Shown here: positions 1 through 8,442 of the stretch, one piece after another
How the letters are laid out: the number at the start of each line of letters is the position of its first letter
Position numbering within the stretch: position 1 is the first letter of the stretch
Virus record (IMG/VR): IMGVR_UViG_3300025287_000001
DNA: 64,000 bases
DNA from: an uncultured virus (IMG/VR IMGVR_UViG_3300025287_000001)
Taxonomy: Duplodnaviria; Heunggongvirae; Uroviricota; Caudoviricetes
Strand: one strand, 5' to 3'
The notes under the pieces: generated by a model
The model's input: the letters and a program-made list of their open reading frames with translations, nothing else
Databases searched by the model: none
Told to the model about the DNA's origin: nothing
Translations under genes and position numbers: made by a program

Positions 1-281
1 ACAACCTGCTCTCAAATCTTGAAGTCATGTCAGTTAGCGAACATGCTAGACATCATGGCCAAGAGATATCAAGGAAGTATGTTGACCTTAAGTGTCCTGA
101 GTGTGGTAAGGAGTTTATTAGAGAAAAGAATCAGACACATCTTCAAAAAGGGACAAGTTACACTGCTTGCTCTAGAAGTTGTTCCGGTAAATTCTCTAGC
201 AAAGTCAGGCTAAAGCGCTTATCAACCGCAGAAGTGGAAGCGGCTATATCGGGGAACATCGTAAGAGAATACGACAAGTAG
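1..281 (+). CDS. HNH homing endonuclease, C-terminal part (5' truncated by window edge)
   Basis: Frame open from the edge: NLLSNLEVMSVSEHARHH (end of an HNH motif) then CPECGKEF...CSRSC zinc ribbon; lies inside the intron. Confidence 0.75.
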   Translation, partial: NLLSNLEVMSVSEHARHHGQEISRKYVDLKCPECGKEFIREKNQTHLQKGTSYTACSRSCSGKFSSKVRLKRLSTAEVEAAISGNIVREYDK

Positions 282-415
282 TCTCACGACAATCCCGAGG
301 TAACTGACGACAATCAGGAACCGTAGAGGCCATACGCCGCTCACCTGAAATGGTGAAGAGATGGTCCAGCCAGCAAGCCTTTGATAAGGTGGTCATGGAA
401 ACATGATGCTGGATG
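1..415 (+). mobile_element. Group I intron (3' part) interrupting a tRNA anticodon loop; contains an HNH endonuclease ORF
   Basis: Q-like AATCCCGAGG (291-300), R-like CCGTAGAGGCCATA (321-334), S-like GAAGAGATGGTCC (355-367); P7 GGCCA/TGGTC, P8 TCACC/GGTGA, P9 CCAGCA/TGCTGG with a GAAA tetraloop hairpin; terminal G415 directly before a tRNA 3' half. Confidence 0.8.
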
Positions 416-454
416 CTAAACCGTGGGTCGTAGGTTCGAATCCTACAGGGTGCG
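416..454 (+). tRNA. 3' exon of intron-split tRNA, probably tRNA-Arg(UCU)
   Basis: CTAA-ACCGT-GGGTC-GTAGG-TTCGAAT-CCTAC-AGGGTGC-G gives positions 35-73; a 5' exon ending in U34 would give UCU; 5' exon lies outside the window. Confidence 0.7.
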
Positions 455-456
455 CT

Positions 457-593
457 TGCTGGTTAGTTTGGAGCTATAGGTTTCTAGAGCCTATACGTTA
501 CGAGGACAAAAAGGCGAGTGGATTAATTACCCGAGTGCCGAAAAACGCTGTCACTATAAGGCAGAGACGATGGTTCGAATCCATCACCAGCAG
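457..593 (+). tRNA. tRNA-like gene with 73-nt expanded D-loop; apparent anticodon TAT (Ile), non-canonical loop
   Basis: Acceptor TGCTGGT/ACCAGCA, D-stem GTTT/AAAC, anticodon stem CTGTC/GGCAG with loop ACTATAA, T-arm GATGG-TTCGAAT-CCATC. Confidence 0.6.
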
Positions 594-595
594 TT

Positions 596-748
596 GTGAG
601 CATGTACAAAGCATGGGATTTTAAGTCTATATCAGTAGACTTATGCCAAAACATGGCGATCACAAAAAGTACCAGATCATGATACCCAGTAAGCCTCGTA
701 GCATTGGATGCGACGGCAAGCTAAGGTGAAAGATGGTCACATGCTCGC
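596..748 (+). ncRNA. Putative structured non-coding RNA
   Basis: Ends pair (GTGAGCATGT/ACATGCTCGC), internal hairpin AAGTCTA/TAGACTT, no ORF, between tRNA-like gene and terminator. Confidence 0.4.
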
Positions 749-786
749 CTAGATATCAAGTTGGCTCCTCCTCTTCTCCGGGGGCC

Positions 787-825
787 GCCCCACAGAAGAA
801 TAAGGCCTTCTGTGGGGCTTTTTTA
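787..825 (+). terminator. Rho-independent terminator closing the RNA-gene cluster
   Basis: GCCCCACAGAAG/CTTCTGTGGGGC 12-bp stem followed by T-run. Confidence 0.8.
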
Positions 826-826
826 T

Positions 827-853
827 TTGACTTTATCTGAACGTGATTACATT
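827..853 (+). promoter_or_regulatory. Sigma70-like early promoter
   Basis: TTGACT-N15-TACATT with GTG before the -10; same consensus with -35 at 1610, 2051, 2885, 3586, 4216, 4756, 5453, 6100, 6738, 8360, 11393. Confidence 0.75.
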
Positions 854-880
854 AATAGTGTCACCAACTAAGAGGAGAAC

Positions 881-1567
881 ATGAAAGCCAAACAACTCTT
901 TTCTGAACTTCGCTCTATCATGATGAAAGAGGTCAATGATAGGGAGGATATCATTCTCTTGGCGAGGGGACGCAAGCAACTCTTCAGGCAAACCCCAGAA
1001 TATGACTACTACATGAAAGATGTGCCCGGCGTCTTTCTCGATGTCGAGGTGGGAACTGAAGACTGGGGCCTTTGCGAACTCGTCATCACCAACGAGAACG
1101 GTGTCCTTCACTACAACGTGAGGCTTGGAGGCGATGATAAATGGTCCACTAGCACAGAAGTCAAGGAGCTTCCTATTAACAGGATGTGCTTATGGGAGGA
1201 CTTCTGGGAGGTGGCGAAATTCTGGCTTATGGGACCAGAAGAGATCGAATCTTACAACCAAGAGGATATCACTCGCCTAGATCTAGACCTCAAGCATGTT
1301 GAGGATGATTACTGGGAACCATACCCTGGCGAACTTTGCTATGACTACGACCATGGCAAAAGGAAAAAGACATACTACTACTTTACTCATACCAAATTCC
1401 CTTATGAGTACAATAAGAAGTTCTCCCACTTTATGAACGTCTGCACTGCTATCTTTATGCATAACGAAGCAAGCTATGTCTACGAGGTGGATGATTACCA
1501 CCCTGCTTACGAGGCCAGATACAATACACACCCTGCTGACAAGGCTGTGCTTCACAGCGAGCAATGA
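881..1567 (+). CDS. Hypothetical protein (early cassette)
   Basis: 228 aa, GAGGAG RBS, promoter upstream, hairpin repeat downstream. Confidence 0.85.
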   Translation: MKAKQLFSELRSIMMKEVNDREDIILLARGRKQLFRQTPEYDYYMKDVPGVFLDVEVGTEDWGLCELVITNENGVLHYNVRLGGDDKWSTSTEVKELPINRMCLWEDFWEVAKFWLMGPEEIESYNQEDITRLDLDLKHVEDDYWEPYPGELCYDYDHGKRKKTYYYFTHTKFPYEYNKKFSHFMNVCTAIFMHNEASYVYEVDDYHPAYEARYNTHPADKAVLHSEQ

Positions 1568-1660
1568 CTTATGCCCCTTCGGGGGCCGCCCACCTTTTTA
1601 TATTTTTCCTTGTCTGCACCCGTATAGTGCCTACATTCATATTAACAGAGGAGGAGAGGT

Positions 1661-1834
1661 ATGAAGAACATACCGAAAGAAGCCAAAGATGCCTTTAGGG
1701 AGTACAGGAAACTTCAAGAACAGGAGCGTGAAGACTCCAGAAAGGCCGAGGTGAAAAGACAGGCAGAAATGAAGAGGTTGAAGAGGCTCTTCATGATTCA
1801 CATCAACAGAATGGAAGACGAGAGGTTCGAATGA
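1661..1834 (+). CDS. Small hypothetical protein (57 aa, MKNIPKEAK)
   Basis: GAGGAG RBS after promoter; below ORF-track cutoff, translated by hand. Confidence 0.75.
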   Translation: MKNIPKEAKDAFREYRKLQEQEREDSRKAEVKRQAEMKRLKRLFMIHINRMEDERFE

Positions 1835-2001
1835 ACATGTACGCAAAGAAAGTGGCAGATATCATCGCCGCGATCGAAGAGATCCAGGCAAGTGGCAACC
1901 CTATGACCAGAGAAGAAATCTTCTCTCATCTTCGGCTGCATTACAGGGCACTTATAACGCCAATCCAGGCAACCAACATCGCTCAACAGTACGGCAAATG
2001 A
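1831..2001 (+). CDS. Small hypothetical protein (56 aa, MNMYAKKV)
   Basis: ATGA overlap with previous ORF; ends just before hairpin repeat. Confidence 0.7.
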   Translation: MNMYAKKVADIIAAIEEIQASGNPMTREEIFSHLRLHYRALITPIQATNIAQQYGK

Positions 2002-2105
2002 TTTGAGCCCCTCCGGGGGCCGCCCGCCCCTCCAAGCCAACATTAATTCCTTGACTCTTACTGTACGTGATTAGTTTTATAGTGTCACAACACGAGGAGG
2101 AAAAT

Positions 2106-2834
2106 ATGTCAGACCGCGTAAAACTAATCGCAAAGCTCCCAGAAATGACGAATAAACAGCTTATGGCCGAACTAAGGTCATTCTGTAACAGTACCCATCC
2201 TCAAGATCACTTTATAGCAGACTACATCCGAAGCATCTTCTTGGAGAAGGATGACAAGGGCGAATACAAGAGAGGTCCCGAGGCTTTGGATATTGTGGCG
2301 TCCTACGAAAAAGTATGCCCCAGGGCAATCGCCAGATTAAACCTGTATGGCAGTGGGACTTTTACGCTGTCAGATAGAGGGTCTATCTCCACCAACAAAT
2401 CTGTGATAAGTAAAGAAACAGGTTTTTTCTTTGATTCTTTGGAGCACCTTTCCAAAGGTCTCTTGGCAATGGTGCAGTCAAAGTATTCAGACAACTGTTA
2501 CACAATCAAATATCAAAATCAGTTGAGGCTTTTGCTGTTTTATTGGGGGACCAACGAACAGGTCAAAAAGTATATGCCAAGTAAATACTGGCGCGATTGC
2601 GATATCGCTTTGACTGATGAGAATTTGACACAGATGGTTTATACCCGCTTTATCTCAAGCGATGGCAGAAGCTCTAACCTCTTCAGGGCTACAGAAGCGA
2701 GCGCTATAGCTTCTCATCATGACACAGATAACCCTGTAGAGCATAGAGAAAGGCATGCTGCCTACAACAATATAGCCAAGGAGACTAAGGGCAAGTTTCC
2801 ATACGTAAAGGTGCATGAATACGAGGTGCTCTAA
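2106..2834 (+). CDS. Hypothetical protein (early cassette)
   Basis: GAGGAGG RBS before ATG 2106 (MSDRVKL). Confidence 0.85.
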   Translation: MSDRVKLIAKLPEMTNKQLMAELRSFCNSTHPQDHFIADYIRSIFLEKDDKGEYKRGPEALDIVASYEKVCPRAIARLNLYGSGTFTLSDRGSISTNKSVISKETGFFFDSLEHLSKGLLAMVQSKYSDNCYTIKYQNQLRLLLFYWGTNEQVKKYMPSKYWRDCDIALTDENLTQMVYTRFISSDGRSSNLFRATEASAIASHHDTDNPVEHRERHAAYNNIAKETKGKFPYVKVHEYEVL

Positions 2835-2961
2835 CCCACGCCCCTTCGGGGGCCGCCCCACGCCAACCAACCAATATTAATTCCTTGACTCTCTTTGTAC
2901 GTGGTTACATTCATAAGTGAGGAAGGGAGAGTGACTCTCTTCATAGCAACAGGAGAATGAT

Positions 2962-3210
2962 GTGGCAGAAAGGAAACAAGTACCTATTGAAGATGCACCA
3001 GCTATTTTCTTTGACTTTGCTCCCCGCTATTATAACGGCATGTGGAGCACGATGTACCGCATCTCTTGCGGCACAATGTATTACGATGATCTTGACCATG
3101 TTCAAGATCAACTTCACGAGGCTGAAAAGCACGATCAAGGATACGATGAGGAGTGGTCAGAGACCCTCATCAGGGTGCAAGACGAACTGGACTCGCTTAA
3201 GCAAAAGTGA
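2962..3210 (+). CDS. Hypothetical protein
   Basis: 82 aa acidic ORF, AGGAG RBS. Confidence 0.7.
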   Translation: MAERKQVPIEDAPAIFFDFAPRYYNGMWSTMYRISCGTMYYDDLDHVQDQLHEAEKHDQGYDEEWSETLIRVQDELDSLKQK

Positions 3211-3257
3211 GCAAGTAATCCTTTTCCTCACAACAGAAAGAGACATAGGAAAATACT

Positions 3258-3533
3258 ATGGCGTGGACAATGCAAGAACATATGATCTCTTACATCAGGC
3301 CCTCAATCGAGAAATACGTGAGAGAGAACCCTGGTATGAGAGAGAGCCTTACAGAGATCTATGAGGAGAAGTACGAGAAAAAACCCATAGATGATAATGA
3401 CCTCTATCATGGTCTCTCTACCATCGCAGAAGAGAAGAGGACGACCACAAACGGAGCATGGGAGTTCTACCTTGATAGTTGGACGAGTATCCCCTGGTGC
3501 TCCGATGAGGAATTGCAGGCGTACTACGGCTAG
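3258..3533 (+). CDS. Hypothetical protein
   Basis: 91 aa, AGGA RBS, ends before hairpin repeat. Confidence 0.75.
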   Translation: MAWTMQEHMISYIRPSIEKYVRENPGMRESLTEIYEEKYEKKPIDDNDLYHGLSTIAEEKRTTTNGAWEFYLDSWTSIPWCSDEELQAYYG

Positions 3534-3659
3534 CATGAGCCCCTCCGGGGGCCGCGCCCCACTTGAAGAAACTCTAAATAATCCCTTGCCTGTGCCTTAT
3601 CCGTTACTATTATTAATACTGAGAGAGGGAGATGGCCTTCCTCTACAACAGGAGAGAAC

Positions 3660-3875
3660 ATGAGCTTGTTTGACGAACCCGGCGAAGCCGAGATGAAAGA
3701 GCTTTCGTGGAACAGTGTGCAACCAGCATACTGCTCCAAGTGCGGAGATGAGGTCACATTCAGGGCAGAGATTGATGCCGACTGGACTGGCGGCGAAGAT
3801 GGGTGCATTGCCTGTCCTAACTGTGGCGATGGCACAAAAATCATGAGCAAGGCTCGCTACTGGGGCTTGGTCTAA
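3660..3875 (+). CDS. Small zinc-ribbon protein
   Basis: CSKC and CPNC pairs; AGGAG RBS. Confidence 0.75.
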   Translation: MSLFDEPGEAEMKELSWNSVQPAYCSKCGDEVTFRAEIDADWTGGEDGCIACPNCGDGTKIMSKARYWGLV

Positions 3876-3896
3876 TAGAACATCAAAGGAGAGAAT

Positions 3897-4172
3897 ATGT
3901 CTGAACTTAAAAGAATCATGGTGGAAGGACGATGCGATGCTGAGTCCTACTCGGGTCGTGGCATGTACGGCAAGCAATGCGTGTCTGTGGCTGCTGAGTC
4001 GGTCACAGAAGCCCTCCAGAAGGTCCTTGCGGACATTGAGGAGGACACGGCTTACGATGACGAGAGAACGGCTGCTGAGGCCCTGGAGCTTGTGGCAGAG
4101 ATGCTCAACTACTCCAGTGAAACCCTCGGGATGGGCGTTGTCGTGTATTGGCCATGGCTTGAATGGGACTAG
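3897..4172 (+). CDS. Hypothetical protein
   Basis: 91 aa, AAGGAG RBS, YSGRGMYGKQC motif. Confidence 0.8.
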   Translation: MSELKRIMVEGRCDAESYSGRGMYGKQCVSVAAESVTEALQKVLADIEEDTAYDDERTAAEALELVAEMLNYSSETLGMGVVVYWPWLEWD

Positions 4173-4263
4173 CCTGAGCCCCTTCGGGGGCCGCCCGCCC
4201 CTTCAAAATAAATGCTTGACTTCCTGTGCGCGTGGTTACATTCAAAGTAACACAGGAGGAAGC

Positions 4264-4488
4264 ATGCGAAAACCACGAACAATTAAAGATATCAAGAACC
4301 ACCCAGCAGTCGAATCTTTCGAAGATGAAAGACACTATGATTGTGGTTATTGGGTCTATCTTGCAGAAGGCTGGCACAGTCCTGATATGGACTGCCAGAC
4401 CCTACACGAGTACACCGTTAAAGATCTTTGTGCCATGCTTGCTCGTGTTGTAAAGCAAGACAGCCAAGAACAAGAGAGGCGAGCATGA
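4264..4488 (+). CDS. Hypothetical protein (MRKPRTIKD)
   Basis: AGGAGG RBS before ATG 4264. Confidence 0.75.
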   Translation: MRKPRTIKDIKNHPAVESFEDERHYDCGYWVYLAEGWHSPDMDCQTLHEYTVKDLCAMLARVVKQDSQEQERRA

Positions 4489-4697
4489 CACACTGCGGTT
4501 ATGATATCATCAAAAGAAGGCAACTTAACGGCAACTACCGTGATAGGCACCTGATGGTTGTCCTTGGCGATAACGAGAATGGTGGTTATGTGACGTGGGT
4601 CTATGATACCACGAACAAGACGTACTCTGGAGGGCACTACTTCAGAGACAAGAAAGAAGCCTATGATGATTACAGAGTCAGGGGTCTGCTCTCATAG
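4485..4697 (+). CDS. Hypothetical protein (MTHCGYD)
   Basis: ATGA overlap; YVTW...GHYF motif; ends before hairpin repeat. Confidence 0.75.
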   Translation: MTHCGYDIIKRRQLNGNYRDRHLMVVLGDNENGGYVTWVYDTTNKTYSGGHYFRDKKEAYDDYRVRGLLS

Positions 4698-4830
4698 CTT
4701 GCGCCCCTTCGGGGGCCGCCCCGCGCTCCACCACAAACTTTCTTAAAATAATACCTTGTCTGCCCCTGTATGGTGGTTAATATTATAGTGTCGGGAGGGA
4801 ATGGCCTTCCCGCCAACTCTAGGAGAGAAA

Positions 4831-5391
4831 ATGCTTAAGACTATCGTCACTTCGGTCAAGAACAACGCCATCGCTTTCGCCTCCTCCTTCGAGATCAAGG
4901 AGCATAAGTACAAGTATTACATCTTGGAGGGTGGTCGCTTGCTGCGAGAAGCGGGCGGGACCAATGATTTTGGGGAGGTTGACCTCTACAATGGAGAGGT
5001 CTGCATCTTCACCGATGCCACTACCGGAGCGCGAATCGCAAAAATCCGGCGCATCTATAACCTTAATGTTATGGACGGCACGCGCAAGAGGCTCAACGGC
5101 GAAGACCGCAAGGCTTTCGCCAAGTGTCAAGTCGTGCTTCGCTTCCTCGAAAAGGTTAACCCTGAGAAGATGCACACCTTCTCGTGGATGGCCCTGACAA
5201 GGCATGTGATGGAAGCAACCGGGCTTTCTCGACAGGAGCTTGCAACCATCCACGGGGTCACGTATCAGACCATCGTGAATTGGGGTCAAGGGACGTGCAA
5301 ACCATGCTCTACCAACATCCACGAGCGCACTAACATCATGCGCGCCATCATCCAAGCAAAACACGATGATCTCATGATCACGCCTAGCTGA
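4831..5391 (+). CDS. Protein with C-terminal XRE-type helix-turn-helix
   Basis: GLSRQELATIHGVTYQTIVNWGQG; AGGAG RBS. Confidence 0.7.
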   Translation: MLKTIVTSVKNNAIAFASSFEIKEHKYKYYILEGGRLLREAGGTNDFGEVDLYNGEVCIFTDATTGARIAKIRRIYNLNVMDGTRKRLNGEDRKAFAKCQVVLRFLEKVNPEKMHTFSWMALTRHVMEATGLSRQELATIHGVTYQTIVNWGQGTCKPCSTNIHERTNIMRAIIQAKHDDLMITPS

Positions 5392-5519
5392 TACCAGGGG
5401 TGCCTTGCGCCCCTTCGGGGGCCGCCCGCCCCTCCAAGCCAACATTAATTCCTTGACTCTTACTGTACGTGCTTAACTTCTAATTGTAGCCGGAACGACA
5501 CAACCCAAGAGAGGAAGCC

Positions 5520-6044
5520 ATGAAAAAGAAAATCCAGAAAATCCTCGAAGGCAACACGCATCTTTATGTCGGGTATCACGCCGACAGAATCTTTCTGATC
5601 GTGAAGATTTGCTCTGCTCTCGACTTGACTGCCAAGCAGTGCAACTTGGTGGAGACTTATTTCAATCACGACCTCAAGCGGGTTCCCGAGGTCATGAATG
5701 TGGTCGGGTTGACGCAACAGGCGAGAGATAGGATCATAAAAGATATCTCCTCCATGTTCGAAAAGGATGAAACCATTGATGTTGGCCCCATCCAAGCCGA
5801 GATGAATAGAATCCTGTATGAGAACAGGAATGGTTACTTTGTCGAGATAGAGGACCTTGGCGAAGGTCTCGCAAATGTCGAGTACAGACGAGAGGCCTCC
5901 TACAACCATCCTGCTCACGACTGGTCAAGGACGTTCAAGGTCGATAAGGCCTCCCTGCTGCACAACGTGGGCAGCCTTCACAGGTACGTTACCGTTGATA
6001 GCCTCTTGGGGGCCATCAGAAAATCCATGGTCGTGTCTGCCTGA
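5520..6044 (+). CDS. Hypothetical protein
   Basis: 174 aa between promoter and hairpin repeat. Confidence 0.8.
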   Translation: MKKKIQKILEGNTHLYVGYHADRIFLIVKICSALDLTAKQCNLVETYFNHDLKRVPEVMNVVGLTQQARDRIIKDISSMFEKDETIDVGPIQAEMNRILYENRNGYFVEIEDLGEGLANVEYRREASYNHPAHDWSRTFKVDKASLLHNVGSLHRYVTVDSLLGAIRKSMVVSA

Positions 6045-6177
6045 CGCGCGCCCCTTCGGGGGCCGCCCCGCGCACCCCCGAAAAAGTTCAGATAAAACCT
6101 TGCCGCCCCATCTGAGGTGCATATATTATAACTAAGGCAGGGAGATGACCTTGCCGCAACATTCAAAGGAGGCCGTT

Positions 6178-6459
6178 ATGGGTCAGGTTCAAGACAAGCG
6201 CACCGAAGAACAAAAAGCAACCACCATCGGATTCGTGAACGCCACAGATTCCGCCCTCTCGGGGTGGGGCAACGCCTCGGGTGGCTTGAGTTACTACTGT
6301 ATCGCCTGCTCATCCCAGGAGCAGATCGAAGCGGTCAAGAGGTGGTTCGCGCAACGCGAAGATATGAAGAGGGTTGCTGAATCCCTGCGTCCTCGCCGCC
6401 GTGACGATTCCCACACGTCTATCATCCACTTCGAAGAGACGGCGGCAAGGCACTTCTAA
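6178..6459 (+). CDS. Hypothetical protein (MGQVQDK)
   Basis: AAGGAGG RBS; ATDSALSGWG motif. Confidence 0.8.
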   Translation: MGQVQDKRTEEQKATTIGFVNATDSALSGWGNASGGLSYYCIACSSQEQIEAVKRWFAQREDMKRVAESLRPRRRDDSHTSIIHFEETAARHF

Positions 6460-6800
6460 TATAGGTCTCTAAACAACACTCCAACCTAGATTAAGAGAGT
6501 TCTATGAACCAGTCTTAAAGAGCGTGCCTGTTGCGCTCTACAACACAAATACAACAGGTTTGGCAAGCATAGCCCAGATATAAGGCAACACCGAGGATAA
6601 GATGAGCCCTAATTCTCTATTGTATATTAGAGGACCACCCCATTAAGGGGAACCCACAACTCCCCTAGACATCTTCTAACAACAACTTTACAAAGGGGAG
6701 TTGTGGGGCGACCCCCGCTCCCGCCAACATTTTTTCCTTGCCGCTCCCCAAACCGTGCTTAATATTATAACTGAGACGACGCCAACACAAGGAGAAGGGC

Positions 6801-7094
6801 ATGTACGATACAGAGCAGATTTTAACCGTATGGGAAGATTCGATTTCGACTTACAGGGACTCAGGGTATACTGACGCCACCATAGCAATCGAAATTGTGC
6901 TTGCCCTAACCGAATACTTCAATCCAGACGAAGCCCCAGTCGAAAATCGCATGATGCTTGGCAACAGAGGGAAACACGTCCACAGAATCAGAGAGCTGTT
7001 CAAGTCCTTTGACCAAGAAGAAATTGAGCACATCTTGGAGAAGATTAACCCTGTCCTCGATAAGATCGAGCAACAGGAGGGTTTCCTGGCATGA
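6801..7094 (+). CDS. Hypothetical protein
   Basis: 97 aa, AAGGAG RBS after promoter. Confidence 0.8.
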   Translation: MYDTEQILTVWEDSISTYRDSGYTDATIAIEIVLALTEYFNPDEAPVENRMMLGNRGKHVHRIRELFKSFDQEEIEHILEKINPVLDKIEQQEGFLA

Positions 7095-7441
7095 TCGTGG
7101 AGGTCTACCGCAACTTGACAAAGGACTGCTACTCAGTAAGAGACAGGAGCGGTGTACTCTTTCATACTGAGAAGATAGTCCTCAAAAATGCAACGTTTGT
7201 TGTGAGAGAGAATGGTAGGCAAAGAGTCTTGGACACCGGACATAAGAATGTTCATGCCTTCGTCAAAGGGGAAATTGATAATTTAAAAAATATAAAAAAT
7301 AAAAATATAAAAAATAAGATCTACTACAATCCTCGGGATACTTCATACTTCTATGAAATTGTAGATGGTAAGAAGGTCCCAGTAGTCAAAGCCAAGCAAG
7401 TAACCCTCTCCAGTAAGGGAGTCTTTAAGCATGAAGTTTAA
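7091..7441 (+). CDS. Conserved phage hypothetical protein
   Basis: VYRNL...YSVR...GRQRVL...KNVHAFV motif that I recognise from phage hypothetical proteins. Confidence 0.8.
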   Translation: MIVEVYRNLTKDCYSVRDRSGVLFHTEKIVLKNATFVVRENGRQRVLDTGHKNVHAFVKGEIDNLKNIKNKNIKNKIYYNPRDTSYFYEIVDGKKVPVVKAKQVTLSSKGVFKHEV

Positions 7442-7970
7442 CTCTATTAAGCTGTCTCCTCTTTTCACGAAACACAAAGAAGCTGTACGCATTGCTTACG
7501 ATGCGATGCTTCAAGGGACTCCTGTCCTGAGTGTTTCAAACTTCGTAGACTACTTCGAGTTTAATGATCACCCCAAAGAAGCAGATCTTGTTAAGAGAGC
7601 TTTGTCTGATCCGAACACAACCAAATCATTGCTTCAGTTCAATGCTATTGTCTCGGAACCAAACTACGAGAAAGATCAACTCTTAATGATCAAACCAAGG
7701 TTTAATGAAACCTATCACGGCATCGCAAAAGCGACAGAAGCAGAACGTAGCTACGTTTCAATTAGAGAGATTTGCCATACTCCTTTGATGGTGATAAACA
7801 ACGAGCTTCTTTCTCTACCAAAGAAAGTTAATATGCTCATAAGTCTGTACAGTGAGGTCTCAGGCCAAAAGTATTCCCATTATAGGAATTATCTTGTCTG
7901 CGACATAACAACCAACGAGGTATACGTTGTTCCTGAAGTATACCTTTGTCCCTTCAAAAACAGGAAGTGA
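7431..7970 (+). CDS. Hypothetical protein
   Basis: 179 aa overlapping the upstream stop. Confidence 0.75.
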   Translation: MKFNSIKLSPLFTKHKEAVRIAYDAMLQGTPVLSVSNFVDYFEFNDHPKEADLVKRALSDPNTTKSLLQFNAIVSEPNYEKDQLLMIKPRFNETYHGIAKATEAERSYVSIREICHTPLMVINNELLSLPKKVNMLISLYSEVSGQKYSHYRNYLVCDITTNEVYVVPEVYLCPFKNRK

Positions 7971-7972
7971 TA

Positions 7973-8311
7973 ATGTCACAAAGCAATCGTAAGCGTAATA
8001 AAGCTTATGCAATTAGAGAAGTTATTAACAGCCTTGCGTTTACCTTCACAGAAGAAGACATTCAATCTTCTAGTGTTGTATGTAACGAAACTCTATGTGC
8101 CCTTCTAGGTCTTGTCCAGGCTTCGAAGATCTGCTCTATCCTCAGGCTCGATACCCTCGAAAAGGATACTGAAGAGTACCTTCAAGAGCAGAATCGTCTG
8201 GAGTACAAAGAGTATCAGCACTACATCCTCAATGAGGAGTTCGAGAAGCGGTGCAGTAACGGCATGAACTTCGTATTCTCTCCTGATATGCAGTTCAACA
8301 GAGGCGAGTGA
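7973..8311 (+). CDS. Hypothetical protein (MSQSNRK)
   Basis: Follows previous stop by 2 nt; ends before hairpin repeat. Confidence 0.75.
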   Translation: MSQSNRKRNKAYAIREVINSLAFTFTEEDIQSSSVVCNETLCALLGLVQASKICSILRLDTLEKDTEEYLQEQNRLEYKEYQHYILNEEFEKRCSNGMNFVFSPDMQFNRGE

Positions 8312-8442
8312 GCATGGCCCCTCCGGGGGCCGCCCACCCCTTAAGCCCGAAATAAACCCTTGCCACCTCGTCAGAGGTGCCTACATTATAGGTGTCGTCA
8401 CGGTGACGGCATTCCACTAACAGGTCAAAAAGAGATAACAAA

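Noticed and set aside
403..624. 73-aa + strand ORF
   Set aside because: Overlaps the intron end and tRNA structures; no RBS
7278..7317. AT-only 15-bp tandem duplication (NIKNK twice)
   Set aside because: In-frame low-complexity slippage with no evidence of function
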